The notes below the pieces were generated by a model that searched no databases, had not been told where the DNA came from, and worked only from the letters and a program-made list of their open reading frames with translations. This document shows, piece by piece, positions 20,267 to 30,657 of a stretch of 64,000 bases of DNA. The DNA comes from Alphaproteobacteria bacterium (GTDB lineage Bacteria > Pseudomonadota > Alphaproteobacteria > UBA828), in assembly GCA_963422645.2 (NCBI GenBank), contig CAXXVO010000014.1, forward strand, positions 288,001 through 352,000, in the 5' to 3' direction. The translations under genes and the position numbers were made by a program. Each line of letters begins with the position of its first letter. Position 1 is the first letter of the stretch.

Positions 20267-20306
20267 TGGCACGCCCGGCAGGACTCGAAGCTGCAACCCC
20301 AGGCTT
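20267..20306 (-). other. degenerate tRNA 3' fragment (Arg-like), probable att scar
   Basis: AAGCCTGGGGTTGCAGCTTCGAGTCCTGCCGGGCGTGCCA: T-arm, acceptor strand and CCA with no 5' half. Confidence 0.6.
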
Positions 20307-20365
20307 GGCCGAAAATCCGTCCGTGCACTAAGATTCGAACCGGACCGGTCCCCGGGCTCGCGCCA

Positions 20366-21445
20366 ATGACTTCACCGGACAGCGTCGTACTGATCGAACG
20401 GACTCCCCTCCTCGACCGCATTCAGGAAAATCTTGGGCGGCGTCTGACACTGATCGACGCACCGGCCGGGTATGGCAAGACGACCCTTCTGAATCAGCTG
20501 CGCGCCAGGTTGAGCCGCTGCGGCATTACCCGGGCCTGGGTTCAGATTGGACGCCGCGATCGCGATCCGACCTCGTTGGTCGCGCTCCTGGAGCAGGCAG
20601 CGCGGGCCGACCTGGGAATTCACGCGACCGTATCGGGCGATCTGGACCCGCTTGTGCGCCTCTCGATGCTGACATCGATCATGGCTGAAAGCGGTGAGGA
20701 GGCATGCCTGATCATCGACGATGCGCATTTCGCTCATAACGACGCATGCCTTGAGCTCTTCGAATACCTCATCCACAACAGCCCGCGCACCATTCATATT
20801 GTCATTGCGACCAGAGAGCGGTCGGGAATTCCGGTCTCAGGCCTGAGATTGCAGGGTGAAGTTCACGAGATCACCGTCAACGACCTCAGATTCGACGAGG
20901 GGGACATCGGAGCACTGTTCGATCAGCCGCTGGACGAGCAGGTTTCGAGGCAGCTGATCGAGCGGACCGAGGGGTGGCCGGTCGCGGTTCAACTAACGCA
21001 GCTGACCCACGATTGCAGCGTGCCGCTGGCGCGCGATGTCAACGGCTTGTCCGGATCGCGGGCCGAGCTGGCCGATTATCTGAATGAACGCGTGTTCAAA
21101 CAGCTTCCGGAAGACCTGCAGAAATTTTTGCTCGAAACGGCGCACCTGGAGCGTTTGAACGGCGATCTTGCGGATGCCGTTCGCGCGCGAAGCGACGGAT
21201 GGGCGAGACTGCTCGAGATTTGGACGGCCGGAGTCCTGCTGTCCAGGAGCGACGCTCCCGAGGACGGGTGGTTCAAGCATCATCAGCTGTTCCTGGAATT
21301 CCTGCGGCAACAGCAAGTTTATCTCGGCAGAGAGCTCGTCGATACATTGCATCGACGCGCCGCCGATTGGTTCTTCGATACCAATGACCTTCAGTCCGCA
21401 ATACACCACGCCAAGGCGGGAAACGATTACGCGCGGGCGATAGGG
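20366..21445 (+). pseudogene. MalT/LuxR-type ATP-dependent regulator truncated by IS
   Basis: APAGYGKTT Walker A, LIIDDAH, RTEGWP; cut at 21446; start uncertain. Confidence 0.85.
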
Positions 21446-22684
21446 TCAGACTTCCTGACCTCTGCTGATTTTAGGTGACACGAGCCGCGCGGATTCCGAG
21501 GCCCCGTCGATGTCGTAGACTATGCGCAGACGGGTGCCGGGGAAGACCGTTTCGGTGGCGTTCAGGTCGCTCAGAACCGCATCGATCCAACGGTCGCAGG
21601 CGTCGTTTGCGAGGCCAAGAATGTGGACCCGCAGGAGGCCATTGCCAGGATCCGGCAGGATGTCGGCATCGGCGGTGAGCAGCGCTTGAAGCAGTTTCCG
21701 GGGATGGGGCTTGTGGCCCTGCGCCTGCATGACGGGAAGCATCATGCGGGTTTCGGCGCGGTAGGCGATCATCCGGATGACGTCGAGGAGGAGGCGCTCG
21801 CGCGCGGGCAAGGCATCGAGCTGCTCGGCTTCGTCGAGGTCGCCGGCCCGGCAGTGCTTGGGCGTCTCCCTGCGGCTGGCCCTGACGATGTCGCGGACAT
21901 CCTGGAGGTCCCTGACTTCCCTCCTGAGTTCCGCCGTCGGCTGCTTCTTCCGGGCCGTGTCGGCGATGCGGTTGCGCAGGCGGCCAAGCTGGCGGTCGAG
22001 GCGATGGATTGCCTTGTCATAGGCCCGCCGCAGCGGGTTGACGACCATGGCGGCGGGATCGAGAGGCTCGAGCTCGTGGGTCGGCAGGGCGTCGAGATTG
22101 AACTCGTCACGCATGTACTTGAAGAAGTTCTCCTGCGACCAGCGCGAGAACATGGCGCCCGCAACCTCAGCCATCGGCTTGTGCGGATCGGTGGTGATCA
22201 GCGGCACCTGACGGCCGTTGTCGAGCAGGCGGCGGATCTGGCGCACCCTGAAGCCGTTCGGCAACGTCACCGGCTTCTCAGCCAGCCGCATGGTGGCGCT
22301 GCCGTCCGCCGCCGGTCCGTGAATGGGAACGGTCATCGCGCCGAAGTCCTCGGCCGGCCAGTCCTCGCCCCTGAAGTTCTTGTGCCAGGTCAGGCAGGCG
22401 ACGCCGCGCCTCGCCAGCCGGCGGAACAGATCCGGGCTCCAGCCCTCGCGGTCGAAGACCAGGGTGAGCGCCGGCTGGCCGGGATGCTCGGCGGTCAGGT
22501 CCGGCGCCCCGGCGCCAACGATCCCAAGCTCCTGCAGCGCCGGCACCACGTCGGCTTCGATGGCCGCGACCATCTTCGGGTCCAGCGGCTTGTGCAGACA
22601 GAGCAGCGGCTTGCCGCCCAGAGCGTTGATCCAGTAGCTGGCGCTCGCCGGCAGGCACAGCTTCTCGCGCGAGACGAAGTGCTT
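21446..22684 (-). mobile_element. 3' half of the unclassified IS (786-aa transposase), truncated by IS66-A
   Basis: Matches the 3' half of 49956..52471 including the IR. Confidence 0.92.
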
Positions 22685-23975
22685 GTAACTGCCCAGGTCG
22701 TCTGATTTGTCATTTTGGGCCAGTGGATTGAGGCGTTTCTCGTTCGGAGTTGGTGGAAAGGGCTTGACGGGAATTTCGGGAAATGACTCAACAACGACAT
22801 GAGCAATCCCGAGTCGCCGCGCGGCCCTTCGACGGGAGCAGCGCCCGAAACGCCCGCGCAGAAGATCGCCCGCCTGGAGGAGGAGAACGCCCGGCTTCGG
22901 GAGGAAAATGCCTGGCTTCGGCAGCAGAACGCGCGGCTGGAAGAGCAAGTCGCGCGTCTCGTCGAGCGCATCGAGGAGTTGGAGCGCCGTCTCGGCCTCA
23001 ACAGCGGCAACAGCGGCAAGCCGCCTTCGAGCGATGGGCTGAGGAAGCCGAATTCGAAGCGGCGAACCCGAAGCCTGCGCGGCAAATCGGGCCGCAAGCC
23101 CGGTGGCCAGCCCGGCCACAAGGGCAAGACGCTGCGCCGCGCCGATCACCCGGATCGGGTGAAGGATCACGTCCCGGCTTCCTGCAAGGGATGCGGTTCG
23201 CCGCTTTCGGACGCGGCCAGGGCGGGAACGCCCGTCGCCCGCCAGGTGTTCGATCTGCCCGAGCCGAGCCCCCTGGAGGTGACCGAGCACCGGGCGCATG
23301 CCAAGTGCTGCGGGCATTGCGGGACGGTGACCCGGGCGGCGTTCCCCGACGGGGTGTCGGCGCCGGTGCAGTACGGCCCGCGCATTGCCGGGGTGGCGGT
23401 CTACCTTCAGCACGCTCACTTCCTGCCGGAGGATCGGCTGTCGCAGGTGATGGCCGAGCTCTTCGGCGCGCCGGTGACGGCTGCGACGTTGGCGACGATG
23501 AGCGAGAGGGCGGCCGAGCGGCTTGCGGGACGCGGCCTTGCACATACAGGACCTGGCGGCGGGCACGGCGCGGGTGAAACACATGGACGAGACCGGCTTG
23601 CGGATCGGCGGTCAGACGCAGTGGCTTCATGTGATCTGCACGCCGCTGCTGGCGGCGTACCGGGTCAGCGGCAAGCGCGGCGCCCTGCTCTCGGGTGTCT
23701 CCGGCATCGTCGTGCACGATCACTGGAAGCCGTACTTCGCGATGGAAGGGGTGGAGCACGGCCTGTGCAACGCCCATCACCTGCGGGAGTTGCAGGCGCT
23801 GGTGGACATCGAAGGGGAGGCTTGGGCCCGGCGGATGCAGCAGCTCCTGCGCCGAGCCAATCGCGCCGCCCGCATCGCGCTGGACAAGGATATCGCCGTT
23901 CCGGCGAGGCTTGTGGCGCTGATCGAGCGCCGATACGACGAGATCATCGCCGATGCGCTGGCCTTTCACGAGAGC
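22685..23975 (+). mobile_element. IS66-A copy 2, truncated by IS21
   Basis: Left IR at 22685; matches copy 1 apart from an indel near 23522. Confidence 0.92.
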
Positions 23976-24177
23976 TGTCAATCGGCTTTCAATACTGACC
24001 CCCGATCGGCGTGCAAAATTGACCCCCCTGAGTGGCACGGCGGAGGTTGTCCCGGTAGCCAATAGGGGGGACCCGCGCGGCTTCGTGTGGCGCCCTGCGC
24101 TACGCGGAGCGAAGCCGCGTGGGGGGTCCCTGTTGGCCCACCGGGGCAACCGGGCCGCAAGGGAGGCCGGCGGCGGG

Positions 24178-24906
24178 TCAGGAGCGGTTCTTGAAGCGCC
24201 AGCTCTCGTTGCCGGTCTCGATGATCTCGCAATGATGGGTGAGGCGATCGAGCAGCGCTGTGGTCATCTTGGGGTCGCCGAAGACGGATGGCCATTCGCC
24301 GAAGGCGAGGTTTGTGGTGATGACGATCGAGGTGCGCTCGTAGAGCCGGCTCATCAGATGGAAGAGCAGCTGCCCACCGGCCTGGGCGAAGGGCAGGTAG
24401 CCGAGCTCGTCGAGGATGACGAAGTCGCGGCGGACGAGCTGGTCTGCAGTGCGGCCCTGGCGTCCGGCGCGAAGCTCGGCCTCGAGGAGGTTGACCAGGT
24501 CGACGACGTTGTAGCACCGGCCGCGCGCGCCCTTGCGGATGCAGGACCGCGCGATGGCGACGGCGAGATGGGTCTTGCCGGTACCGGTGCCGCCGACCAG
24601 CACGATGTTGCGTTTGCCCTCGAGGAAGCCGCCGCCGGCGAGCTCCTGGATCAGGGGCTCGTTGACCGGCGAGGCGGCGAAGTCGAAGTCGGCCAGCTCC
24701 TTGACCGTCGGCAGCTTGGCGGAGGCCATCTGGTACTTGATCGAGCGGGCCCTCTTGTCGGCGATCTCGACCTGCAGCAGCGTACCGATGATCTGTTGCA
24801 CCGGATGGCGGCGCTTGAGCCCGTCGGCAAGGATGTCGTCGTAAGCGGCGCGCATACCTGCGAGCTTCAGCTGGGTCATCATCTCCAGCACATCATGACG
24901 CTCCAT
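24178..24906 (-). CDS. istB: IS21 helper ATPase IstB
   Basis: GGTGTGKTH Walker [19 protein letters not shown]. Confidence 0.95.
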   Translation of the reverse strand: MERHDVLEMMTQLKLAGMRAAYDDILADGLKRRHPVQQIIGTLLQVEIADKRARSIKYQMASAKLPTVKELADFDFAASPVNEPLIQELAGGGFLEGKRNIVLVGGTGTGKTHLAVAIARSCIRKGARGRCYNVVDLVNLLEAELRAGRQGRTADQLVRRDFVILDELGYLPFAQAGGQLLFHLMSRLYERTSIVITTNLAFGEWPSVFGDPKMTTALLDRLTHHCEIIETGNESWRFKNRS

Positions 24907-26407
24907 GACCGGCCTCCCTCAGGCTGTCGTAGCGCTGACAGTCGGCTACCGGCTTGTGGCGAAGCTGCAGGCCCTCGGGCGTCGGGATGATTGCCGGCGG
25001 TGCCGGCTGGCGCTGCCGGGCGAGGATGTTGAGCACCACGTCGGCGCTGCAGGCACCGCAGTCGAGCGTCTCGGCACAGGCCGCCTCAACCGCCTCCAGT
25101 CCGTCCTCCAGCACCGCCGCGAGCACCTTGACGAACTGCCGGTCGCCGTCGTCGTGGCCCGCGAGCCGGGTTCGCAGGCGGCCGAGCGCGTTGGGCAACT
25201 GCCAGTCCTTGAAGGGCGCGCCATTGCGTAGCGCGCCGGGCTTCCGCGTCAGGATCGGCACGTAATGCCACGGATCGTAGACGAACCGGCCGCGCCCGAA
25301 GCTGCGGGGGTGCTCGGCAACGGTCTCGCCGTCCTGGCGGATGACGATCCGATCGGCATAGGCCCGCACGTCCACCGGCCGGCCGACGGCGCGGGCCGCG
25401 ACGCTGTACTGGTTGTTGTCGAAGCGCACCAGACAGGTCTTCGAGACCGACACCTCGCTGGCATGGAAGCCGTCGAAGGGGCCGCGATACGCCATCAGGA
25501 AGGGCTGCTCCTCCTCGAACACCTGCCACACCGTCTTGCCCGGGATTGTCGGATGCGGATGCTTCTTGGCGTCCTCGATGCACCGATCCATCAGCCACTC
25601 GTTGATCTCGGCGTAGGAGCGGCCCCGCGGGATGGGCACGAACAGGCGGCCGCGAAGGTCACCCACCTGCTTCTCGACCTGCCCCTTCTCCCAGCCAGCC
25701 CCTGGCGTGCACGCCACAGGCTCCACCAGATGGTGCGAGCACAGCTCCTGGAAGCGGCGGTTGTAGTCCCGCTTCTTGCCCACGAAGATCGTGCTCACCG
25801 CCGTCTTCATGTTGTCGTAGATGCCCCGCCGGCAGACCCCGCCGAAGAAGCGGAAGGCACGCTCGTGCGCCTCGAAGACCATCTCCTGGCTCTCGCGGGG
25901 AAAGATCTGGACCAGATACATCCGGCTGTGGCACAGCCGCATGTGCGCCGCCTTCACCCTGGTCGTCGCGCCCGACAGACGCGCGTACTCGTGGCTCCAG
26001 TCGAACTGGTAGGCCTCGCCGGGATCGAAGATCAGCGGCACATAGGCCTGCGCCGGCGACAACAGCCGCCACCGGCGCCGCCAGGCCCTGGCATAGCGGC
26101 GAACCGCGTCATAGCCGCCCTTGTAGCCCAGCGACACAAGGTCTTCATGAATCCGCAGAAGAGACAGCCGATCCTTGCGTGCCTTCTTCTCGTTGGCCTT
26201 CAGCTGGCGCTCAAGCTCCTCCACCCACAGCCCAAGCTTCGGCATCGGCTGGATCTTGCGCTCGTAGCTGTGCGAGGTCGCATCGCCCCGCACCACCTTG
26301 CGTATCGTGTTCTTGGAAACCCTCAAATCCCGGGCGAGCTTCTTGATCGGAACGCCCTTCACCAGATGATCCCGACGGATCTTCGCGATCGTTTCCACAA
26401 CCAGCAT
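24893..26407 (-). CDS. istA: IS21 transposase IstA
   Basis: N-terminal [22 protein letters not shown]. Confidence 0.95.
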   Translation of the reverse strand: MLVVETIAKIRRDHLVKGVPIKKLARDLRVSKNTIRKVVRGDATSHSYERKIQPMPKLGLWVEELERQLKANEKKARKDRLSLLRIHEDLVSLGYKGGYDAVRRYARAWRRRWRLLSPAQAYVPLIFDPGEAYQFDWSHEYARLSGATTRVKAAHMRLCHSRMYLVQIFPRESQEMVFEAHERAFRFFGGVCRRGIYDNMKTAVSTIFVGKKRDYNRRFQELCSHHLVEPVACTPGAGWEKGQVEKQVGDLRGRLFVPIPRGRSYAEINEWLMDRCIEDAKKHPHPTIPGKTVWQVFEEEQPFLMAYRGPFDGFHASEVSVSKTCLVRFDNNQYSVAARAVGRPVDVRAYADRIVIRQDGETVAEHPRSFGRGRFVYDPWHYVPILTRKPGALRNGAPFKDWQLPNALGRLRTRLAGHDDGDRQFVKVLAAVLEDGLEAVEAACAETLDCGACSADVVLNILARQRQPAPPAIIPTPEGLQLRHKPVADCQRYDSLREAGHGAS

Positions 26408-26526
26408 CTCCCCCACCACCCCGTCCGTCCAAACGACGAGGTGTGTTCATGGACACAAATCCAAGGGGGTCAATTTTGGACGCCGATCACCCCCAATAGG
26501 GGGTCACTTTTCCACGCTTAACAACA

Positions 26527-26731
26527 ATCAGGCCACCATCGAAGGCGGCACTCACCTTCTTGCGTTGGACGCTTGGCAGATCGAAGGGGAGAAGGCTATC
26601 GTCGGTCATGGCGGGCGTGGCGTTTTCGTTGTTCGGAGAGGAAGACGCTCGGACAACGAATTCCTACCCGATGGCAACGGCTTACGCTACGTCCGCCACC
26701 CCAAAATCAGACACGCCGTGAATAATTGGGG
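26527..26731 (-). mobile_element. left end and 5' transposase fragment of an IS1380 family element, truncated by IS21
   Basis: End CCCCAATTATTCAC; ATG at 26609 gives MTDDSLLPFDLPSVQRKKVSAAFDGGLI, typical of IS1380 N-termini. Confidence 0.75.
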
Positions 26732-26861
26732 CTAGCGCTTTGCACCCTGAGGGCAGGACCCTGATGCCGAAGCCCTTGAGGTCCCGGTCGCGGATGTCGT
26801 AGGCGGACTTGCGGGGCTTGAGGGCGTCGACGCGGCGGTCGTTGAGGCGAAGCGTCGCCAT
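26732..26861 (-). pseudogene. tyrosine integrase N-terminal arm-binding fragment
   Basis: MATLRLNDRRVDALKPRKSAYDIRDRDLKGFGIRVLPSG; AGGAGG RBS; interrupted by IS1380. Confidence 0.8.
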
Positions 26862-26997
26862 TGGTATTCCTCCTGGGCTGCGAGTTGCTGCCGGGGCGAA
26901 AACGGGGAGCGGTTTCGCCGTCCCCGGCCGAATCAGGAGGAAATAAACAAAGCTATTTCAGTGTCTTAGCACCGAAGGTGCGCTTCGGGGTGTACTC

Positions 26998-27041
26998 TTT
27001 CCTCTCCACGGGGGAGGAGAGAGCCGGGGTGAGGAGGGGGC
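26998..27041. repeat. REP-like extragenic palindrome
   Basis: CCTCTCCACGGGGGAGGAGAGAGCCGGGGTGAGGAGGGGG resembles the CCCTCTCCC..GGGAGAGG..GGGGTGAGGG intergenic repeats common in Proteobacteria. Confidence 0.4.
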
Positions 27042-27045
27042 AGCC

Positions 27046-27834
27046 CTACCAGCTGTTTCGGAGCTCGCGGAGCTTGAGGAAGACCTCGCGCGGGCCGGGG
27101 GTGTCCGAGAGATCGGGGAAGGCCTCGCGCAGGCGCGCGATCACCGTGGGGTTGTGGAGACGGAAGAAGGTGTTGATCTCCTTCTCCAGCGCGAGCGTCG
27201 AGACCATGGCGTCGTCGGGGTCCTGCGGCCCGACATCCTCAAGTAGGGACGCCGCCCGCTCGTTGTCGGGCTCCCGGTCCAGGGTGAAGCCCAGGTTGTG
27301 CGCAATATAGTCGTGGCCCGGATAGATCAGGGTCTTGTCCGGCAGCTTCGCGAGCTGGCCGGCGAAGGTCTCGAAGAGCTCCGCCGGATGACCGCCGGAA
27401 TGGCAGTTGCCCGCGCCGGCATTGAAGAGGGTATCGCCGCAGAAGAGGGCGGGTGTGTCGGTGCGCGAGAGCAGGCAGACGTGGCTCATGGTGTGCCCGG
27501 GGGTGTCCAAAGCCTCGAGCTCCATGGCGCCCACCTTGATCACGTCGCCCGCACCGAGCCCGCGGTCGATGCCGGGGATCTTGCCCTTGGCGTTGGCGTG
27601 GGCGAGCAGGCTGGCGCCGGTGGCCTTGATCATCGCCTGGTTGCCGCCCGTGTGATCGCCGTGCTCGTGGGTGTTTAGTATCTGGGTGATCTGCCAGCCC
27701 TTGCCCTTGGCCGCCTTGAGGCAGCGGCGGTGATCGAGCGGGTCGACCGCGAGCGCCTCGCCGGTCTCCGGACAGGCGATCAGGTAGTTGAAGTTGCGAT
27801 AGTCGTTGGCGGTCCAGATCTGCTCGACGAGCAT
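27046..27834 (-). CDS. gloB: hydroxyacylglutathione hydrolase (glyoxalase II)
   Basis: THEHGDH, TPGHT, GDTLF, YPGHDY metallo-beta-lactamase motifs. Confidence 0.88.
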   Translation of the reverse strand: MLVEQIWTANDYRNFNYLIACPETGEALAVDPLDHRRCLKAAKGKGWQITQILNTHEHGDHTGGNQAMIKATGASLLAHANAKGKIPGIDRGLGAGDVIKVGAMELEALDTPGHTMSHVCLLSRTDTPALFCGDTLFNAGAGNCHSGGHPAELFETFAGQLAKLPDKTLIYPGHDYIAHNLGFTLDREPDNERAASLLEDVGPQDPDDAMVSTLALEKEINTFFRLHNPTVIARLREAFPDLSDTPGPREVFLKLRELRNSW

Positions 27835-27858
27835 GCGCGCTCTCCCGGTTCGGCGGCG

Positions 27859-28422
27859 TCAGTCGGGGTCCAGTTCGGAATCCCAGTAGAGGTAGTCGCC
27901 CCAGCTTTCGTGCAGGTAGCGGGGCGGGAAGCGCCGTCCCGCCTCGTGCAGGTCGTAGGCGCTGGGCGGCTTGGGCTTGCGCGCCGGTCGCATGCCGCAC
28001 TCCCGCGGCAGCCGGTTGCTCTTCGCGAGGTTACAGGCGCTGCAGGCGGCGACGACGTTGTCCCAGGTGGTGCGCCCACCGCGCGAGCGCGGCACCAGGT
28101 GGTCGAAGGTGAGGTCCTCCACCGGAAAGGGCGTCACGCAATACTGGCAGGAGAACGAATCGCGCAGGAAGACGTTGAACCGCGTGAAGGCGGGCCGGCG
28201 CGCGAGCGGGCGGTAGCGCTTGAGCGCGACCACGCTCGGCAGCCGGATCGCCGTGCTGGGCGAGCGGATCGCCCGGTCGTATTCCGAGAGGATGGTCACC
28301 CGGTCGAGGAACGCCGCCTTGATCGCATCCTGCCAGCCCCAGACCGAGAGCGGGAAGTAGCTGAGCGGCCGGTAGTCGGCGTTGAGCACGAGGGCTGGGC
28401 AGCTCTCCAAGGATGCTTGCAC
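27859..28422 (-). CDS. HNH endonuclease
   Basis: LVLNADYRPL, CQYC, TFDHLVPRSRGG, CSACN. Confidence 0.9.
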   Translation of the reverse strand: MQASLESCPALVLNADYRPLSYFPLSVWGWQDAIKAAFLDRVTILSEYDRAIRSPSTAIRLPSVVALKRYRPLARRPAFTRFNVFLRDSFSCQYCVTPFPVEDLTFDHLVPRSRGGRTTWDNVVAACSACNLAKSNRLPRECGMRPARKPKPPSAYDLHEAGRRFPPRYLHESWGDYLYWDSELDPD

Positions 28423-29161
28423 GGTTCCAGGCCCCCTCAACGCGGCTCCGGTGCGCCCACCAGCGGCCTAATCTCCGACGGCGCGCCAGATTTGCGGGCG
28501 CATCATGCCAAAGTGCGGGCGCAGCGCAAACCCGCAGCGGAGCAAAGGGGCAGGGCGTGATGCGACCCGTGGCGCCTGTCGGTGCCTATTCGACCACGAA
28601 TGTCGGCGAGAAGTCGGCGGGCGCGAGCGAAAGGCGCGTGTTGAACGAGTCGAGATTGGCTTGCTCCACGACGTGGATCAAAGGCCCGGCGTGCGGGTGC
28701 TCGAGCTTGCCTTCGAGAAACCGAACCGCCATCTCGATACCCATCCGGCCTTGCAGGGCGGGGAAATCGGTGGGCGCCGCGAGGATCTTGTCGCGCTTGA
28801 TGCCGCGATACACCGCATGCGTGAAGTAGTCCGCCAACACCCGGATCTGCCCGGTGAGGCCGCGCGCCCTGAGCAGGCTCACCGCGGCGCCCGCGGTGAC
28901 CGCGCTGCCCACGATGTAGTCGACATCGGGGCGTTCCTCCAGCGCCTCCTCGACTAGGATCAGCTGGATTTCGCGGCCGGTGTCGCCCCACTTCTTCACG
29001 ACGATGTCGACGGCGCTGCCCGCGAGCGCCTCGGTGAATCCCTCCTCGACAAAACAGTCATGGTCCCCGCGGTTCTGAGCCACCCCGTGGCATGAAACAG
29101 GAGCGGTTCGGCTGACGTTTTCCTTGCGCTTGCACCCATTTGCCGTGTCAGGATGGGTATT

Positions 29162-29344
29162 GGCGGAGGTGGGGACGTGTGAGCGTCGTTATATCGGTGA
29201 CGTAGTTCCCGATGACAAAACTGCTTCCGGCGGCCGGCTCCGCACCCCGTATTGTACCCGGCCCGTGGCCGTGGACGCGCGGCAAATTGCACCGCACCCG
29301 CTCGTCGGATGCGTGTTCTTCCGACCGCTGTCCCCGCCTCCACC
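29162..29344 (+). ncRNA. candidate IS110 bridge RNA
   Basis: Closed by stem 29162-29176/29330-29344; contains GATGACAAA/TATT (target-like) and GCGCGGCAA/TGTT (donor-like) segments, each pair separated by a hairpin. Confidence 0.7.
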
Positions 29345-29406
29345 GTGGCGATGCCACGGCGTGATCGTACGCCGCCGTGGCGAGAGCGCAAATGAGGAGG
29401 AAGGCG

Positions 29407-30657
29407 ATGAAGACGGAAGGCTTGCACGTCGTCCGGCCGCGCGCGGCGGGTCTGGACGTGCACAAGATGGAGATCACCGCGACGGTTCGCCTCTGTGAGG
29501 GCGAGGGTGAGCCGGTGGTGGAGACGCGCTGCTTCGGCACGCTGCCGAGCGGTCTGGAGGAGATGGTCGCGTGGCTGACCGGTCACGGCGTCGAGGCTGC
29601 GGTGATGGAAGGGACCGGGGTCTACTGGCAGGCGCCCTTCGCGGCCCTGGAGGCGGCCGGGCTCGAGGCGATCCTGGTGCATGCGCGTCAGGTGAAGCAG
29701 TTGAAGGGGCGCAAGACCGACGTGGCGGACAGCGTGTGGCTGGCCTGCGTGTGCCAGTTCGGGCTCTGCACGCCTTCCCACGTTCCGCCTGAGCCGTTCC
29801 GGGAGCTGCGCGCACTGAGCCGCCAGCGCCGCGTCCTGGTCAGGCAGCGCTCCGCCGTGCGCAACCGCGTGCAGAAGATCATCGACCGCGCCGGTGCGCG
29901 CATCGGCGGCATCCTCTCCGACGTCTTCGGCGTCAACGGCCGGAAGATCCTCGACGGCCTGGCGCAGGGGACGGCGCGCGAGGTCATCCTCGCCTCGCTC
30001 ACCAGCCACGTTGCGAACAAGCTGGAGGGGCTCGGCGAGGCGCTCACCCTGAGCCTGGGCGACAACGACCGCTTCATGCTCAACGACCTGCTGGAGGAGC
30101 ATGACGCGCTTGAGGCGCGCATCGCGTCCTACACCAGGAAGATCGACGGGCAGATGACACCGTGGGAGGAGCAGCTCCGTCTGCTGACCACCATCCCCGG
30201 CATCGACCGCACCGCCGCCTCGACCATCCTCATCGAGATCGGCCCCGACATCGGCGTGTTCGCCTCCAAGGAGCACTTCGCCGCCTGGGCCGGGCTCTGC
30301 CCCGGCAACAACGAGAGCGGGGGCAAGCGCCGCAACGCACGCACCCGCATGGGCTCCAAGACCCTGCGCGCCTGCCTCGTCGAGTGTGCCCACGGCGCGG
30401 CCCGAACCAAGGGGTGCCAGTTCGAGGCTCATCACCGCGCCCTCGCCGCCCGGCGCGGCTACAAGCGCGCCATCGTCGCCGGCGCTCACAAGATGCTGCG
30501 CATCATCTATGTGGTGCTCAAGACCGGCAGGCCCTACTACGACCGCACGGCCGACTACGACGCTCTGATGGTCAAGCGCAACGCTCCTCGGTGGATCCGC
30601 ATGCTCCGCCGCTACGGCTACATCGAGCCCGTAGGCGCGGAACTCAAGGCCGCCTGA
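29407..30657 (+). CDS. IS110 DEDD recombinase/transposase
   Basis: GLDVHK, MEGTG, KTDVAD (DEDD) and GLCPGNNESGGK serine motif; GAGGAGG RBS. Confidence 0.95.
   Translation: MKTEGLHVVRPRAAGLDVHKMEITATVRLCEGEGEPVVETRCFGTLPSGLEEMVAWLTGHGVEAAVMEGTGVYWQAPFAALEAAGLEAILVHARQVKQLKGRKTDVADSVWLACVCQFGLCTPSHVPPEPFRELRALSRQRRVLVRQRSAVRNRVQKIIDRAGARIGGILSDVFGVNGRKILDGLAQGTAREVILASLTSHVANKLEGLGEALTLSLGDNDRFMLNDLLEEHDALEARIASYTRKIDGQMTPWEEQLRLLTTIPGIDRTAASTILIEIGPDIGVFASKEHFAAWAGLCPGNNESGGKRRNARTRMGSKTLRACLVECAHGAARTKGCQFEAHHRALAARRGYKRAIVAGAHKMLRIIYVVLKTGRPYYDRTADYDALMVKRNAPRWIRMLRRYGYIEPVGAELKAA

Larger units (their letters stand above)
23976..26526 (-). mobile_element. IS21 family element, copy 1
   Basis: TG...CA ends with repeated TGACCCC boxes; istA-istB; no TSD. 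Confidence 0.93.

Noticed and set aside
21446-23584. 712-aa ORF and similar fusion ORFs (12854..15268, 16075..17340, 59883..62186)
   Set aside because: Chimeric or shadow frames created by IS junctions and high GC
27859-28422. HNH protein as an RNA-guided IscB/Cas9-like nuclease
   Set aside because: Short stand-alone HNH with no RuvC motifs and no adjacent ncRNA space; ordinary gene next to gloB
29139-29147. TTTGCCGTG, the perfect reverse complement of the IS110 donor junction CACGGCAAA, as a guide on an antisense RNA
   Set aside because: No accompanying target loop in that orientation, and the sense-strand model explains both target and donor; kept only as an unexplained match
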